Positions 23,487 to 37,646 of a stretch of DNA of 64,000 nucleotides are shown piece after piece. This DNA is from Azolla caroliniana. Lineage: Eukaryota; Plantae; Polypodiophyta. The notes below the pieces were generated by a model. That model had not been told where the DNA came from, searched no databases, and worked only from the letters and a program-made list of their open reading frames with translations. The translations under genes were made by a program, and so were the position numbers. Position 1 is the first letter of the stretch; each line of letters begins with the position of its first letter. The stretch lies in assembly GCA_043228905.1 (NCBI GenBank), contig JBHGNT010000001.1:25110001-25174000 (forward strand), in the 5' to 3' direction.

Positions 23487-24244
23487 ATTAGGATTAGGTT
23501 CCGCTTCTCGAGAATCGGAATACAACGAGACTGTTGCGCAATCAATACACGCGTGGATCCCTTGGGGAAGGGATAACATCGCGTATTTGAGCGTAATCAT
23601 CGATCACGACGATGCCGTTCACATATTTCTAATGCGCATTCGCTCGAGGGAACATATGAACAATGCCTTTCTTGCTTACGCTCGCCGTGCTCCTGCCTGG
23701 CCTGGTTTGAATACAAGCGAGTAGACGCAAGAATGTGATGACGCCCAGTCGTTGTATGATGTGTATTTGGACGTGGTCCTCAACAAGGATGACGTCGTTT
23801 GAAATTTAGAAACCATCTACACGAAGGCCACCGCTAAGACGTCGCATGCGCGATACTCTTCATTTGGTTAGAGTAGAATGCGCGTATTCGAGATTCAACG
23901 ATGCAAATTTACGTACGAGTGGAAGAACCTAGCGGCCGGTATCATGAGACGAGAACGGTATCTACACATCGGAGATTGACAGTTTGAGACGAAAACTCTT
24001 CTCGAAGGTCATTTGTATGGTCATGCATGCTTTTCTATGGATTGCATGCGTCACACCGCACACCTTTATCCGATAAACCCATTTAAGCGCATCTCCGTAA
24101 TGTGGCGAGTAATAGAATGGTAAGGTAAAGTGACAAGAGATCCCATGAAAAATACGATGATCAAGAAATATGATGAGAAATATGAGATCCTATCCGATCA
24201 CGTGCGAGATCTTCATTCCTTTCACGTTTCGATGAATGGTCGAA

Positions 24245-24317
24245 GATCCTATGGCCTAATGGATAAGGCGTTGGTCTTCGAAACCAAAGATTCTAGGTTC
24301 GACCCCTAGTAGGATCG
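24245..24317 (+). tRNA. tRNA-Arg(TCG) copy 14
   Basis: As copy 1. Confidence 0.9.
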
Positions 24318-24593
24318 GTTTAGAATCGTGACCCTAGTGTACGTCGACATCAAGAACACGACGACCAAGGATCATTCACGGAGTCATAATGCGCATCCGT
24401 CTCGACCGTCTAGAAAATGCGCGGATCTTGTATCCGCTGTTTTGGCTTAATGGATGCATTCATTTACGAGGATGATGATGTTTAATAGGTAAAAGAAATG
24501 GAACGGTTTATCCGGCACAAATTCCTCATCAAAAGTGCATCGCACGTCCATCGCGATCCTCAATGGAAGTACATTTTCCAATGGAAAACCGAA

Positions 24594-24666
24594 GATCCTA
24601 TGGCCCAATGGATAAGGCGCTGGTCTACGAAACCAGAGATTCTAGGTTCGATCCCTGGTAGGATCG
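24594..24666 (+). tRNA. tRNA-Arg(ACG) copy 15
   Basis: As copy 10. Confidence 0.9.
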
Positions 24667-25424
24667 ATTAGGATTAGGTTCCGCTTCTCGAGAATCGGAA
24701 TACAACGAGACTGTTGCGCAATCAATACACGCGTGGATCCCTTGGGGAAGGGATAACATCGCGTATTTGAGCGTAATCATCGATCACGACGATGCCGTTC
24801 ACATATTTCTAATGCGCATTCGCTCGAGGGAACATATGAACAATGCCTTTCTTGCTTACGCTCGCCGTGCTCCTGCCTGGCCTGGTTTGAATACAAGCGA
24901 GTAGACGCAAGAATGTGATGACGCCCAGTCGTTGTATGATGTGTATTTGGACGTGGTCCTCAACAAGGATGACGTCGTTTGAAATTTAGAAACCATCTAC
25001 ACGAAGGCCACCGCTAAGACGTCGCATGCGCGATACTCTTCATTTGGTTAGAGTAGAGTGCGCGTATTCGAGATTCAACGATGCAAATTTACGTACGAGT
25101 GGAAGAACCTAGCGGCCGGTATCATGAGACGAGAACGGTATCTACACATCGGAGATTGACAGTTTGAGACGAAAACTCTTCTCGAAGGTCATTTGTATGG
25201 TCATGCATGCTTTTCTATGGATTGCATGCGTCACACCGCACACCTTTATCCGATAAACCCATTTAAGCGCATCTCCGTAATGTGGCGAGTAATAGAATGG
25301 TAAGGTAAAGTGACAAGAGATCCCATGAAAAATACGATGATCAAGAAATATGATGAGAAATATGAGATCCTATCCGATCACGTGCGAGATCTTCATTCCT
25401 TTCACGTTTCGATGAATGGTCGAA

Positions 25425-25497
25425 GATCCTATGGCCTAATGGATAAGGCGTTGGTCTTCGAAACCAAAGATTCTAGGTTCGACCCCTAGTAGGATCG
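25425..25497 (+). tRNA. tRNA-Arg(TCG) copy 15
   Basis: As copy 1. Confidence 0.9.
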
Positions 25498-25773
25498 GTT
25501 TAGAATCGTGACCCTAGTGTACGTCGACATCAAGAACACGACGACCAAGGATCATTCACGGAGTCATAATGCGCATCCGTCTCGACCGTCTAGAAAATGC
25601 GCGGATCTTGTATCCGCTGTTTTGGCTTAATGGATGCATTCATTTACGAGGATGATGATGTTTAATAGGTAAAAGAAATGGAACGGTTTATCCGGCACAA
25701 ATTCCTCATCAAAAGTGCATCGCACGTCCATCGCGATCCTCAATGGAAGTACATTTTCCAATGGAAAACCGAA

Positions 25774-25846
25774 GATCCTATGGCCCAATGGATAAGGCGC
25801 TGGTCTACGAAACCAGAGATTCTAGGTTCGATCCCTGGTAGGATCG
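25774..25846 (+). tRNA. tRNA-Arg(ACG) copy 16
   Basis: As copy 10. Confidence 0.9.
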
Positions 25847-26604
25847 ATTAGGATTAGGTTCCGCTTCTCGAGAATCGGAATACAACGAGACTGTTGCGCA
25901 ATCAATACACGCGTGGATCCCTTGGGGAAGGGATAACATCGCGTATTTGAGCGTAATCATCGATCACGACGATGCCGTTCACATATTTCTAATGCGCATT
26001 CGCTCGAGGGAACATATGAACAATGCCTTTCTTGCTTACGCTCGCCGTGCTCCTGCCTGGCCTGGTTTGAATACAAGCGAGTAGACGCAAGAATGTGATG
26101 ACGCCCAGTCGTTGTATGATGTGTATTTGGACGTGGTCCTCAACAAGGATGACGTCGTTTGAAATTTAGAAACCATCTACACGAAGGCCACCGCTAAGAC
26201 GTCGCATGCGCGATACTCTTCATTTGGTTAGAGTAGAATGCGCGTATTCGAGATTCAACGATGCAAATTTACGTACGAGTGGAAGAACCTAGCGGCCGGT
26301 ATCATGAGACGAGAACGGTATCTACACATCGGAGATTGACAGTTTGAGACGAAAACTCTTCTCGAAGGTCATTTGTATGGTCATGCATGCTTTTCTATGG
26401 ATTGCATGCGTCACACCGCACACCTTTATCCGATAAACCCATTTAAGCGCATCTCCGTAATGTGGCGAGTAATAGAATGGTAAGGTAAAGTGACAAGAGA
26501 TCCCATGAAAAATACGATGATCAAGAAATATGATGAGAAATATGAGATCCTATCCGATCACGTGCGAGATCTTCATTCCTTTCACGTTTCGATGAATGGT
26601 CGAA

Positions 26605-26677
26605 GATCCTATGGCCTAATGGATAAGGCGTTGGTCTTCGAAACCAAAGATTCTAGGTTCGACCCCTAGTAGGATCG
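26605..26677 (+). tRNA. tRNA-Arg(TCG) copy 16
   Basis: As copy 1. Confidence 0.9.
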
Positions 26678-26953
26678 GTTTAGAATCGTGACCCTAGTGT
26701 ACGTCGACATCAAGAACACGACGACCAAGGATCATTCACGGAGTCATAATGCGCATCCGTCTCGACCGTCTAGAAAATGCGCGGATCTTGTATCCGCTGT
26801 TTTGGCTTAATGGATGCATTCATTTACGAGGATGATGATGTTTAATAGGTAAAAGAAATGGAACGGTTTATCCGGCACAAATTCCTCATCAAAAGTGCAT
26901 CGCACGTCCATCGCGATCCTCAATGGAAGTACATTTTCCAATGGAAAACCGAA

Positions 26954-27026
26954 GATCCTATGGCCCAATGGATAAGGCGCTGGTCTACGAAACCAGAGAT
27001 TCTAGGTTCGATCCCTGGTAGGATCG
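26954..27026 (+). tRNA. tRNA-Arg(ACG) copy 17
   Basis: As copy 10. Confidence 0.9.
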
Positions 27027-27784
27027 ATTAGGATTAGGTTCCGCTTCTCGAGAATCGGAATACAACGAGACTGTTGCGCAATCAATACACGCGTGGATCC
27101 CTTGGGGAAGGGATAACATCGCGTATTTGAGCGTAATCATCGATCACGACGATGCCGTTCACATATTTCTAATGCGCATTCGCTCGAGGGAACATATGAA
27201 CAATGCCTTTCTTGCTTACGCTCGCCGTGCTCCTGCCTGGCCTGGTTTGAATACAAGCGAGTAGACGCAAGAATGTGATGACGCCCAGTCGTTGTATGAT
27301 GTGTATTTGGACGTGGTCCTCAACAAGGATGACGTCGTTTGAAATTTAGAAACCATCTACACGAAGGCCACCGCTAAGACGTCGCATGCGCGATACTCTT
27401 CATTTGGTTAGAGTAGAATGCGCGTATTCGAGATTCAACGATGCAAATTTACGTACGAGTGGAAGAACCTAGCGGCCGGTATCATGAGACGAGAACGGTA
27501 TCTACACATCGGAGATTGACAGTTTGAGACGAAAACTCTTCTCGAAGGTCATTTGTATGGTCATGCATGCTTTTCTATGGATTGCATGCGTCACACCGCA
27601 CACCTTTATCCGATAAACCCATTTAAGCGCATCTCCGTAATGTGGCGAGTAATAGAATGGTAAGGTAAAGTGACAAGAGATCCCATGAAAAATACGATGA
27701 TCAAGAAATATGATGAGAAATATGAGATCCTATCCGATCACGTGCGAGATCTTCATTCCTTTCACGTTTCGATGAATGGTCGAA

Positions 27785-27857
27785 GATCCTATGGCCTAAT
27801 GGATAAGGCGTTGGTCTTCGAAACCAAAGATTCTAGGTTCGACCCCTAGTAGGATCG
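27785..27857 (+). tRNA. tRNA-Arg(TCG) copy 17
   Basis: As copy 1. Confidence 0.9.
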
Positions 27858-28133
27858 GTTTAGAATCGTGACCCTAGTGTACGTCGACATCAAGAACACG
27901 ACGACCAAGGATCATTCACGGAGTCATAATGCGCATCCGTCTCGACCGTCTAGAAAATGCGCGGATCTTGTATCCGCTGTTTTGGCTTAATGGATGCATT
28001 CATTTACGAGGATGATGATGTTTAATAGGTAAAAGAAATGGAACGGTTTATCCGGCACAAATTCCTCATCAAAAGTGCATCGCACGTCCATCGCGATCCT
28101 CAATGGAAGTACATTTTCCAATGGAAAACCGAA

Positions 28134-28206
28134 GATCCTATGGCCCAATGGATAAGGCGCTGGTCTACGAAACCAGAGATTCTAGGTTCGATCCCTGGTA
28201 GGATCG
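28134..28206 (+). tRNA. tRNA-Arg(ACG) copy 18
   Basis: As copy 10. Confidence 0.9.
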
Positions 28207-28964
28207 ATTAGGATTAGGTTCCGCTTCTCGAGAATCGGAATACAACGAGACTGTTGCGCAATCAATACACGCGTGGATCCCTTGGGGAAGGGATAACATC
28301 GCGTATTTGAGCGTAATCATCGATCACGACGATGCCGTTCACATATTTCTAATGCGCATTCGCTCGAGGGAACATATGAACAATGCCTTTCTTGCTTACG
28401 CTCGCCGTGCTCCTGCCTGGCCTGGTTTGAATACAAGCGAGTAGACGCAAGAATGTGATGACGCCCAGTCGTTGTATGATGTGTATTTGGACGTGGTCCT
28501 CAACAAGGATGACGTCGTTTGAAATTTAGAAACCATCTACACGAAGGCCACCGCTAAGACGTCGCATGCGCGATACTCTTCATTTGGTTAGAGTAGAATG
28601 CGCGTATTCGAGATTCAACGATGCAAATTTACGTACGAGTGGAAGAACCTAGCGGCCGGTATCATGAGACGAGAACGGTATCTACACATCGGAGATTGAC
28701 AGTTTGAGACGAAAACTCTTCTCGAAGGTCATTTGTATGGTCATGCATGCTTTTCTATGGATTGCATGCGTCACACCGCACACCTTTATCCGATAAACCC
28801 ATTTAAGCGCATCTCCGTAATGTGGCGAGTAATAGAATGGTAAGGTAAAGTGACAAGAGATCCCATGAAAAATACGATGATCAAGAAATATGATGAGAAA
28901 TATGAGATCCTATCCGATCACGTGCGAGATCTTCATTCCTTTCACGTTTCGATGAATGGTCGAA

Positions 28965-29037
28965 GATCCTATGGCCTAATGGATAAGGCGTTGGTCTTCG
29001 AAACCAAAGATTCTAGGTTCGACCCCTAGTAGGATCG
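28965..29037 (+). tRNA. tRNA-Arg(TCG) copy 18
   Basis: As copy 1. Confidence 0.9.
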
Positions 29038-29313
29038 GTTTAGAATCGCGACCCTAGTGTACGTCGACATCAAGAACACGACGACCAAGGATCATTCACG
29101 GAGTCATAATGCGCATCCGTCTCGACCGTCTAGAAAATGCGCGGATCTTGTATCCGCTGTTTTGGCTTAATGGATGCATTCATTTACGAGGATGATGATG
29201 TTTAATAGGTAAAAGAAATGGAACGGTTTATCCGGCACAAATTCCTCATCAAAAGTGCATCGCACGTCCATCGCGATCCTCAATGGAAGTACATTTTCCA
29301 ATGGAAAACCGAA

Positions 29314-29386
29314 GATCCTATGGCCCAATGGATAAGGCGCTGGTCTACGAAACCAGAGATTCTAGGTTCGATCCCTGGTAGGATCG
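29314..29386 (+). tRNA. tRNA-Arg(ACG) copy 19
   Basis: As copy 10. Confidence 0.9.
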
Positions 29387-30144
29387 ATTAGGATTAGGTT
29401 CCGCTTCTCGAGAATCGGAATACAACGAGACTGTTGCGCAATCAATACACGCGTGGATCCCTTGGGGAAGGGATAACATCGCGTATTTGAGCGTAATCAT
29501 CGATCACGACGATGCCGTTCACATATTTCTAATGCGCATTCGCTCGAGGGAACATATGAACAATGCCTTTCTTGCTTACGCTCGCCGTGCTCCTGCCTGG
29601 CCTGGTTTGAATACAAGCGAGTAGACGCAAGAATGTGATGACGCCCAGTCGTTGTATGATGTGTATTTGGACGTGGTCCTCAACAAGGATGACGTCGTTT
29701 GAAATTTAGAAACCATCTACACGAAGGCCACCGCTAAGACGTCGCATGCGCGATACTCTTCATTTGGTTAGAGTAGAATGCGCGTATTCGAGATTCAACG
29801 ATGCAAATTTACGTACGAGTGGAAGAACCTAGCGGCCGGTATCATGAGACGAGAACGGTATCTACACATCGGAGATTGACAGTTTGAGACGAAAACTCTT
29901 CTCGAAGGTCATTTGTATGGTCATGCATGCTTTTCTATGGATTGCATGCGTCACACCGCACACCTTTATCCGATAAACCCATTTAAGCGCATCTCCGTAA
30001 TGTGGCGAGTAATAGAATGGTAAGGTAAAGTGACAAGAGATCCCATGAAAAATACGATGATCAAGAAATATGATGAGAAATATGAGATCCTATCCGATCA
30101 CGTGCGAGATCTTCATTCCTTTCACGTTTCGATGAATGGTCGAA

Positions 30145-30217
30145 GATCCTATGGCCTAATGGATAAGGCGTTGGTCTTCGAAACCAAAGATTCTAGGTTC
30201 GACCCCTAGTAGGATCG
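30145..30217 (+). tRNA. tRNA-Arg(TCG) copy 19
   Basis: As copy 1. Confidence 0.9.
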
Positions 30218-30493
30218 GTTTAGAATCGTGACCCTAGTGTACGTCGACATCAAGAACACGACGACCAAGGATCATTCACGGAGTCATAATGCGCATCCGT
30301 CTCGACCGTCTAGAAAATGCGCGGATCTTGTATCCGCTGTTTTGGCTTAATGGATGCATTCATTTACGAGGATGATGATGTTTAATAGGTAAAAGAAATG
30401 GAACGGTTTATCCGGCACAAATTCCTCATCAAAAGTGCATCGCACGTCCATCGCGATCCTCAATGGAAGTACATTTTCCAATGGAAAACCGAA

Positions 30494-30566
30494 GATCCTA
30501 TGGCCCAATGGATAAGGCGCTGGTCTACGAAACCAGAGATTCTAGGTTCGATCCCTGGTAGGATCG
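30494..30566 (+). tRNA. tRNA-Arg(ACG) copy 20
   Basis: As copy 10. Confidence 0.9.
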
Positions 30567-31324
30567 ATTAGGATTAGGTTCCGCTTCTCGAGAATCGGAA
30601 TACAACGAGACTGTTGCGCAATCAATACACGCGTGGATCCCTTGGGGAAGGGATAACATCGCGTATTTGAGCGTAATCATCGATCACGACGATGCCGTTC
30701 ACATATTTCTAATGCGCATTCGCTCGAGGGAACATATGAACAATGCCTTTCTTGCTTACGCTCGCCGTGCTCCTGCCTGGCCTGGTTTGAATACAAGCGA
30801 GTAGACGCAAGAATGTGATGACGCCCAGTCGTTGTATGATGTGTATTTGGACGTGGTCCTCAACAAGGATGACGTCGTTTGAAATTTAGAAACCATCTAC
30901 ACGAAGGCCACCGCTAAGACGTCGCATGCGCGATACTCTTCATTTGGTTAGAGTAGAATGCGCGTATTCGAGATTCAACGATGCAAATTTACGTACGAGT
31001 GGAAGAACCTAGCGGCCGGTATCATGAGACGAGAACGGTATCTACACATCGGAGATTGACAGTTTGAGACGAAAACTCTTCTCGAAGGTCATTTGTATGG
31101 TCATGCATGCTTTTCTATGGATTGCATGCGTCACACCGCACACCTTTATCCGATAAACCCATTTAAGCGCATCTCCGTAATGTGGCGAGTAATAGAATGG
31201 TAAGGTAAAGTGACAAGAGATCCCATGAAAAATACGATGATCAAGAAATATGATGAGAAATATGAGATCCTATCCGATCACGTGCGAGATCTTCATTCCT
31301 TTCACGTTTCGATGAATGGTCGAA

Positions 31325-31397
31325 GATCCTATGGCCTAATGGATAAGGCGTTGGTCTTCGAAACCAAAGATTCTAGGTTCGACCCCTAGTAGGATCG
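31325..31397 (+). tRNA. tRNA-Arg(TCG) copy 20
   Basis: As copy 1. Confidence 0.9.
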
Positions 31398-31673
31398 GTT
31401 TAGAATCGCGACCCTAGTGTACGTCGACATCAAGAACACGACGACCAAGGATCATTCACGGAGTCATAATGCGCATCCGTCTCGACCGTCTAGAAAATGC
31501 GCGGATCTTGTATCCGCTGTTTTGGCTTAATGGATGCATTCATTTACGAGGATGATGATGTTTAATAGGTAAAAGAAATGGAACGGTTTATCCGGCACAA
31601 ATTCCTCATCAAAAGTGCATCGCACGTCCATCGCGATCCTCAATGGAAGTACATTTTCCAATGGAAAACCGAA

Positions 31674-31746
31674 GATCCTATGGCCCAATGGATAAGGCGC
31701 TGGTCTACGAAACCAGAGATTCTAGGTTCGATCCCTGGTAGGATCG
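31674..31746 (+). tRNA. tRNA-Arg(ACG) copy 21
   Basis: As copy 10. Confidence 0.9.
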
Positions 31747-32504
31747 ATTAGGATTAGGTTCCGCTTCTCGAGAATCGGAATACAACGAGACTGTTGCGCA
31801 ATCAATACACGCGTGGATCCCTTGGGGAAGGGATAACATCGCGTATTTGAGCGTAATCATCGATCACGACGATGCCGTTCACATATTTCTAATGCGCATT
31901 CGCTCGAGGGAACATATGAACAATGCCTTTCTTGCTTACGCTCGCCGTGCTCCTGCCTGGCCTGGTTTGAATACAAGCGAGTAGACGCAAGAATGTGATG
32001 ACGCCCAGTCGTTGTATGATGTGTATTTGGACGTGGTCCTCAACAAGGATGACGTCGTTTGAAATTTAGAAACCATCTACACGAAGGCCACCGCTAAGAC
32101 GTCGCATGCGCGATACTCTTCATTTGGTTAGAGTAGAATGCGCGTATTCGAGATTCAACGATGCAAATTTACGTACGAGTGGAAGAACCTAGCGGCCGGT
32201 ATCATGAGACGAGAACGGTATCTACACATCGGAGATTGACAGTTTGAGACGAAAACTCTTCTCGAAGGTCATTTGTATGGTCATGCATGCTTTTCTATGG
32301 ATTGCATGCGTCACACCGCACACCTTTATCCGATAAACCCATTTAAGCGCATCTCCGTAATGTGGCGAGTAATAGAATGGTAAGGTAAAGTGACAAGAGA
32401 TCCCATGAAAAATACGATGATCAAGAAATATGATGAGAAATATGAGATCCTATCCGATCACGTGCGAGATCTTCATTCCTTTCACGTTTCGATGAATGGT
32501 CGAA

Positions 32505-32577
32505 GATCCTATGGCCTAATGGATAAGGCGTTGGTCTTCGAAACCAAAGATTCTAGGTTCGACCCCTAGTAGGATCG
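32505..32577 (+). tRNA. tRNA-Arg(TCG) copy 21
   Basis: As copy 1. Confidence 0.9.
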
Positions 32578-32853
32578 GTTTAGAATCGTGACCCTAGTGT
32601 ACGTCGACATCAAGAACACGACGACCAAGGATCATTCACGGAGTCATAATGCGCATCCGTCTCGACCGTCTAGAAAATGCGCGGATCTTGTATCCGCTGT
32701 TTTGGCTTAATGGATGCATTCATTTACGAGGATGATGATGTTTAATAGGTAAAAGAAATGGAACGGTTTATCCGGCACAAATTCCTCATCAAAAGTGCAT
32801 CGCACGTCCATCGCGATCCTCAATGGAAGTACATTTTCCAATGGAAAACCGAA

Positions 32854-32926
32854 GATCCTATGGCCCAATGGATAAGGCGCTGGTCTACGAAACCAGAGAT
32901 TCTAGGTTCGATCCCTGGTAGGATCG
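32854..32926 (+). tRNA. tRNA-Arg(ACG) copy 22
   Basis: As copy 10. Confidence 0.9.
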
Positions 32927-33684
32927 ATTAGGATTAGGTTCCGCTTCTCGAGAATCGGAATACAACGAGACTGTTGCGCAATCAATACACGCGTGGATCC
33001 CTTGGGGAAGGGATAACATCGCGTATTTGAGCGTAATCATCGATCACGACGATGCCGTTCACATATTTCTAATGCGCATTCGCTCGAGGGAACATATGAA
33101 CAATGCCTTTCTTGCTTACGCTCGCCGTGCTCCTGCCTGGCCTGGTTTGAATACAAGCGAGTAGACGCAAGAATGTGATGACGCCCAGTCGTTGTATGAT
33201 GTGTATTTGGACGTGGTCCTCAACAAGGATGACGTCGTTTGAAATTTAGAAACCATCTACACGAAGGCCACCGCTAAGACGTCGCATGCGCGATACTCTT
33301 CATTTGGTTAGAGTAGAATGCGCGTATTCGAGATTCAACGATGCAAATTTACGTACGAGTGGAAGAACCTAGCGGCCGGTATCATGAGACGAGAACGGTA
33401 TCTACACATCGGAGATTGACAGTTTGAGACGAAAACTCTTCTCGAAGGTCATTTGTATGGTCATGCATGCTTTTCTATGGATTGCATGCGTCACACCGCA
33501 CACCTTTATCCGATAAACCCATTTAAGCGCATCTCCGTAATGTGGCGAGTAATAGAATGGTAAGGTAAAGTGACAAGAGATCCCATGAAAAATACGATGA
33601 TCAAGAAATATGATGAGAAATATGAGATCCTATCCGATCACGTGCGAGATCTTCATTCCTTTCACGTTTCGATGAATGGTCGAA

Positions 33685-33757
33685 GATCCTATGGCCTAAT
33701 GGATAAGGCGTTGGTCTTCGAAACCAAAGATTCTAGGTTCGACCCCTAGTAGGATCG
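33685..33757 (+). tRNA. tRNA-Arg(TCG) copy 22
   Basis: As copy 1. Confidence 0.9.
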
Positions 33758-34033
33758 GTTTAGAATCGCGACCCTAGTGTACGTCGACATCAAGAACACG
33801 ACGACCAAGGATCATTCACGGAGTCATAATGCGCATCCGTCTCGACCGTCTAGAAAATGCGCGGATCTTGTATCCGCTGTTTTGGCTTAATGGATGCATT
33901 CATTTACGAGGATGATGATGTTTAATAGGTAAAAGAAATGGAACGGTTTATCCGGCACAAATTCCTCATCAAAAGTGCATCGCACGTCCATCGCGATCCT
34001 CAATGGAAGTACATTTTCCAATGGAAAACCGAA

Positions 34034-34106
34034 GATCCTATGGCCCAATGGATAAGGCGCTGGTCTACGAAACCAGAGATTCTAGGTTCGATCCCTGGTA
34101 GGATCG
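34034..34106 (+). tRNA. tRNA-Arg(ACG) copy 23
   Basis: As copy 10. Confidence 0.9.
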
Positions 34107-34864
34107 ATTAGGATTAGGTTCCGCTTCTCGAGAATCGGAATACAACGAGACTGTTGCGCAATCAATACACGCGTGGATCCCTTGGGGAAGGGATAACATC
34201 GCGTATTTGAGCGTAATCATCGATCACGACGATGCCGTTCACATATTTCTAATGCGCATTCGCTCGAGGGAACATATGAACAATGCCTTTCTTGCTTACG
34301 CTCGCCGTGCTCCTGCCTGGCCTGGTTTGAATACAAGCGAGTAGACGCAAGAATGTGATGACGCCCAGTCGTTGTATGATGTGTATTTGGACGTGGTCCT
34401 CAACAAGGATGACGTCGTTTGAAATTTAGAAACCATCTACACGAAGGCCACCGCTAAGACGTCGCATGCGCGATACTCTTCATTTGGTTAGAGTAGAATG
34501 CGCGTATTCGAGATTCAACGATGCAAATTTACGTACGAGTGGAAGAACCTAGCGGCCGGTATCATGAGACGAGAACGGTATCTACACATCGGAGATTGAC
34601 AGTTTGAGACGAAAACTCTTCTCGAAGGTCATTTGTATGGTCATGCATGCTTTTCTATGGATTGCATGCGTCACACCGCACACCTTTATCCGATAAACCC
34701 ATTTAAGCGCATCTCCGTAATGTGGCGAGTAATAGAATGGTAAGGTAAAGTGACAAGAGATCCCATGAAAAATACGATGATCAAGAAATATGATGAGAAA
34801 TATGAGATCCTATCCGATCACGTGCGAGATCTTCATTCCTTTCACGTTTCGATGAATGGTCGAA

Positions 34865-34937
34865 GATCCTATGGCCTAATGGATAAGGCGTTGGTCTTCG
34901 AAACCAAAGATTCTAGGTTCGACCCCTAGTAGGATCG
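34865..34937 (+). tRNA. tRNA-Arg(TCG) copy 23
   Basis: As copy 1. Confidence 0.9.
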
Positions 34938-35213
34938 GTTTAGAATCGCGACCCTAGTGTACGTCGACATCAAGAACACGACGACCAAGGATCATTCACG
35001 GAGTCATAATGCGCATCCGTCTCGACCGTCTAGAAAATGCGCGGATCTTGTATCCGCTGTTTTGGCTTAATGGATGCATTCATTTACGAGGATGATGATG
35101 TTTAATAGGTAAAAGAAATGGAACGGTTTATCCGGCACAAATTCCTCATCAAAAGTGCATCGCACGTCCATCGCGATCCTCAATGGAAGTACATTTTCCA
35201 ATGGAAAACCGAA

Positions 35214-35286
35214 GATCCTATGGCCCAATGGATAAGGCGCTGGTCTACGAAACCAGAGATTCTAGGTTCGATCCCTGGTAGGATCG
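35214..35286 (+). tRNA. tRNA-Arg(ACG) copy 24
   Basis: As copy 10. Confidence 0.9.
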
Positions 35287-36044
35287 ATTAGGATTAGGTT
35301 CCGCTTCTCGAGAATCGGAATACAACGAGACTGTTGCGCAATCAATACACGCGTGGATCCCTTGGGGAAGGGATAACATCGCGTATTTGAGCGTAATCAT
35401 CGATCACGACGATGCCGTTCACATATTTCTAATGCGCATTCGCTCGAGGGAACATATGAACAATGCCTTTCTTGCTTACGCTCGCCGTGCTCCTGCCTGG
35501 CCTGGTTTGAATACAAGCGAGTAGACGCAAGAATGTGATGACGCCCAGTCGTTGTATGATGTGTATTTGGACGTGGTCCTCAACAAGGATGACGTCGTTT
35601 GAAATTTAGAAACCATCTACACGAAGGCCACCGCTAAGACGTCGCATGCGCGATACTCTTCATTTGGTTAGAGTAGAATGCGCGTATTCGAGATTCAACG
35701 ATGCAAATTTACGTACGAGTGGAAGAACCTAGCGGCCGGTATCATGAGACGAGAACGGTATCTACACATCGGAGATTGACAGTTTGAGACGAAAACTCTT
35801 CTCGAAGGTCATTTGTATGGTCATGCATGCTTTTCTATGGATTGCATGCGTCACACCGCACACCTTTATCCGATAAACCCATTTAAGCGCATCTCCGTAA
35901 TGTGGCGAGTAATAGAATGGTAAGGTAAAGTGACAAGAGATCCCATGAAAAATACGATGATCAAGAAATATGATGAGAAATATGAGATCCTATCCGATCA
36001 CGTGCGAGATCTTCATTCCTTTCACGTTTCGATGAATGGTCGAA

Positions 36045-36117
36045 GATCCTATGGCCTAATGGATAAGGCGTTGGTCTTCGAAACCAAAGATTCTAGGTTC
36101 GACCCCTAGTAGGATCG
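36045..36117 (+). tRNA. tRNA-Arg(TCG) copy 24
   Basis: As copy 1. Confidence 0.9.
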
Positions 36118-36393
36118 GTTTAGAATCGCGACCCTAGTGTACGTCGACATCAAGAACACGACGACCAAGGATCATTCACGGAGTCATAATGCGCATCCGT
36201 CTCGACCGTCTAGAAAATGCGCGGATCTTGTATCCGCTGTTTTGGCTTAATGGATGCATTCATTTACGAGGATGATGATGTTTAATAGGTAAAAGAAATG
36301 GAACGGTTTATCCGGCACAAATTCCTCATCAAAAGTGCATCGCACGTCCATCGCGATCCTCAATGGAAGTACATTTTCCAATGGAAAACCGAA

Positions 36394-36466
36394 GATCCTA
36401 TGGCCCAATGGATAAGGCGCTGGTCTACGAAACCAGAGATTCTAGGTTCGATCCCTGGTAGGATCG
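36394..36466 (+). tRNA. tRNA-Arg(ACG) copy 25
   Basis: As copy 10. Confidence 0.9.
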
Positions 36467-37224
36467 ATTAGGATTAGGTTCCGCTTCTCGAGAATCGGAA
36501 TACAACGAGACTGTTGCGCAATCAATACACGCGTGGATCCCTTGGGGAAGGGATAACATCGCGTATTTGAGCGTAATCATCGATCACGACGATGCCGTTC
36601 ACATATTTCTAATGCGCATTCGCTCGAGGGAACATATGAACAATGCCTTTCTTGCTTACGCTCGCCGTGCTCCTGCCTGGCCTGGTTTGAATACAAGCGA
36701 GTAGACGCAAGAATGTGATGACGCCCAGTCGTTGTATGATGTGTATTTGGACGTGGTCCTCAACAAGGATGACGTCGTTTGAAATTTAGAAACCATCTAC
36801 ACGAAGGCCACCGCTAAGACGTCGCATGCGCGATACTCTTCATTTGGTTAGAGTAGAATGCGCGTATTCGAGATTCAACGATGCAAATTTACGTACGAGT
36901 GGAAGAACCTAGCGGCCGGTATCATGAGACGAGAACGGTATCTACACATCGGAGATTGACAGTTTGAGACGAAAACTCTTCTCGAAGGTCATTTGTATGG
37001 TCATGCATGCTTTTCTATGGATTGCATGCGTCACACCGCACACCTTTATCCGATAAACCCATTTAAGCGCATCTCCGTAATGTGGCGAGTAATAGAATGG
37101 TAAGGTAAAGTGACAAGAGATCCCATGAAAAATACGATGATCAAGAAATATGATGAGAAATATGAGATCCTATCCGATCACGTGCGAGATCTTCATTCCT
37201 TTCACGTTTCGATGAATGGTCGAA

Positions 37225-37297
37225 GATCCTATGGCCTAATGGATAAGGCGTTGGTCTTCGAAACCAAAGATTCTAGGTTCGACCCCTAGTAGGATCG
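37225..37297 (+). tRNA. tRNA-Arg(TCG) copy 25
   Basis: As copy 1. Confidence 0.9.
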
Positions 37298-37573
37298 GTT
37301 TAGAATCGCGACCCTAGTGTACGTCGACATCAAGAACACGACGACCAAGGATCATTCACGGAGTCATAATGCGCATCCGTCTCGACCGTCTAGAAAATGC
37401 GCGGATCTTGTATCCGCTGTTTTGGCTTAATGGATGCATTCATTTACGAGGATGATGATGTTTAATAGGTAAAAGAAATGGAACGGTTTATCCGGCACAA
37501 ATTCCTCATCAAAAGTGCATCGCACGTCCATCGCGATCCTCAATGGAAGTACATTTTCCAATGGAAAACCGAA

Positions 37574-37646
37574 GATCCTATGGCCCAATGGATAAGGCGC
37601 TGGTCTACGAAACCAGAGATTCTAGGTTCGATCCCTGGTAGGATCG
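37574..37646 (+). tRNA. tRNA-Arg(ACG) copy 26
   Basis: As copy 10. Confidence 0.9.
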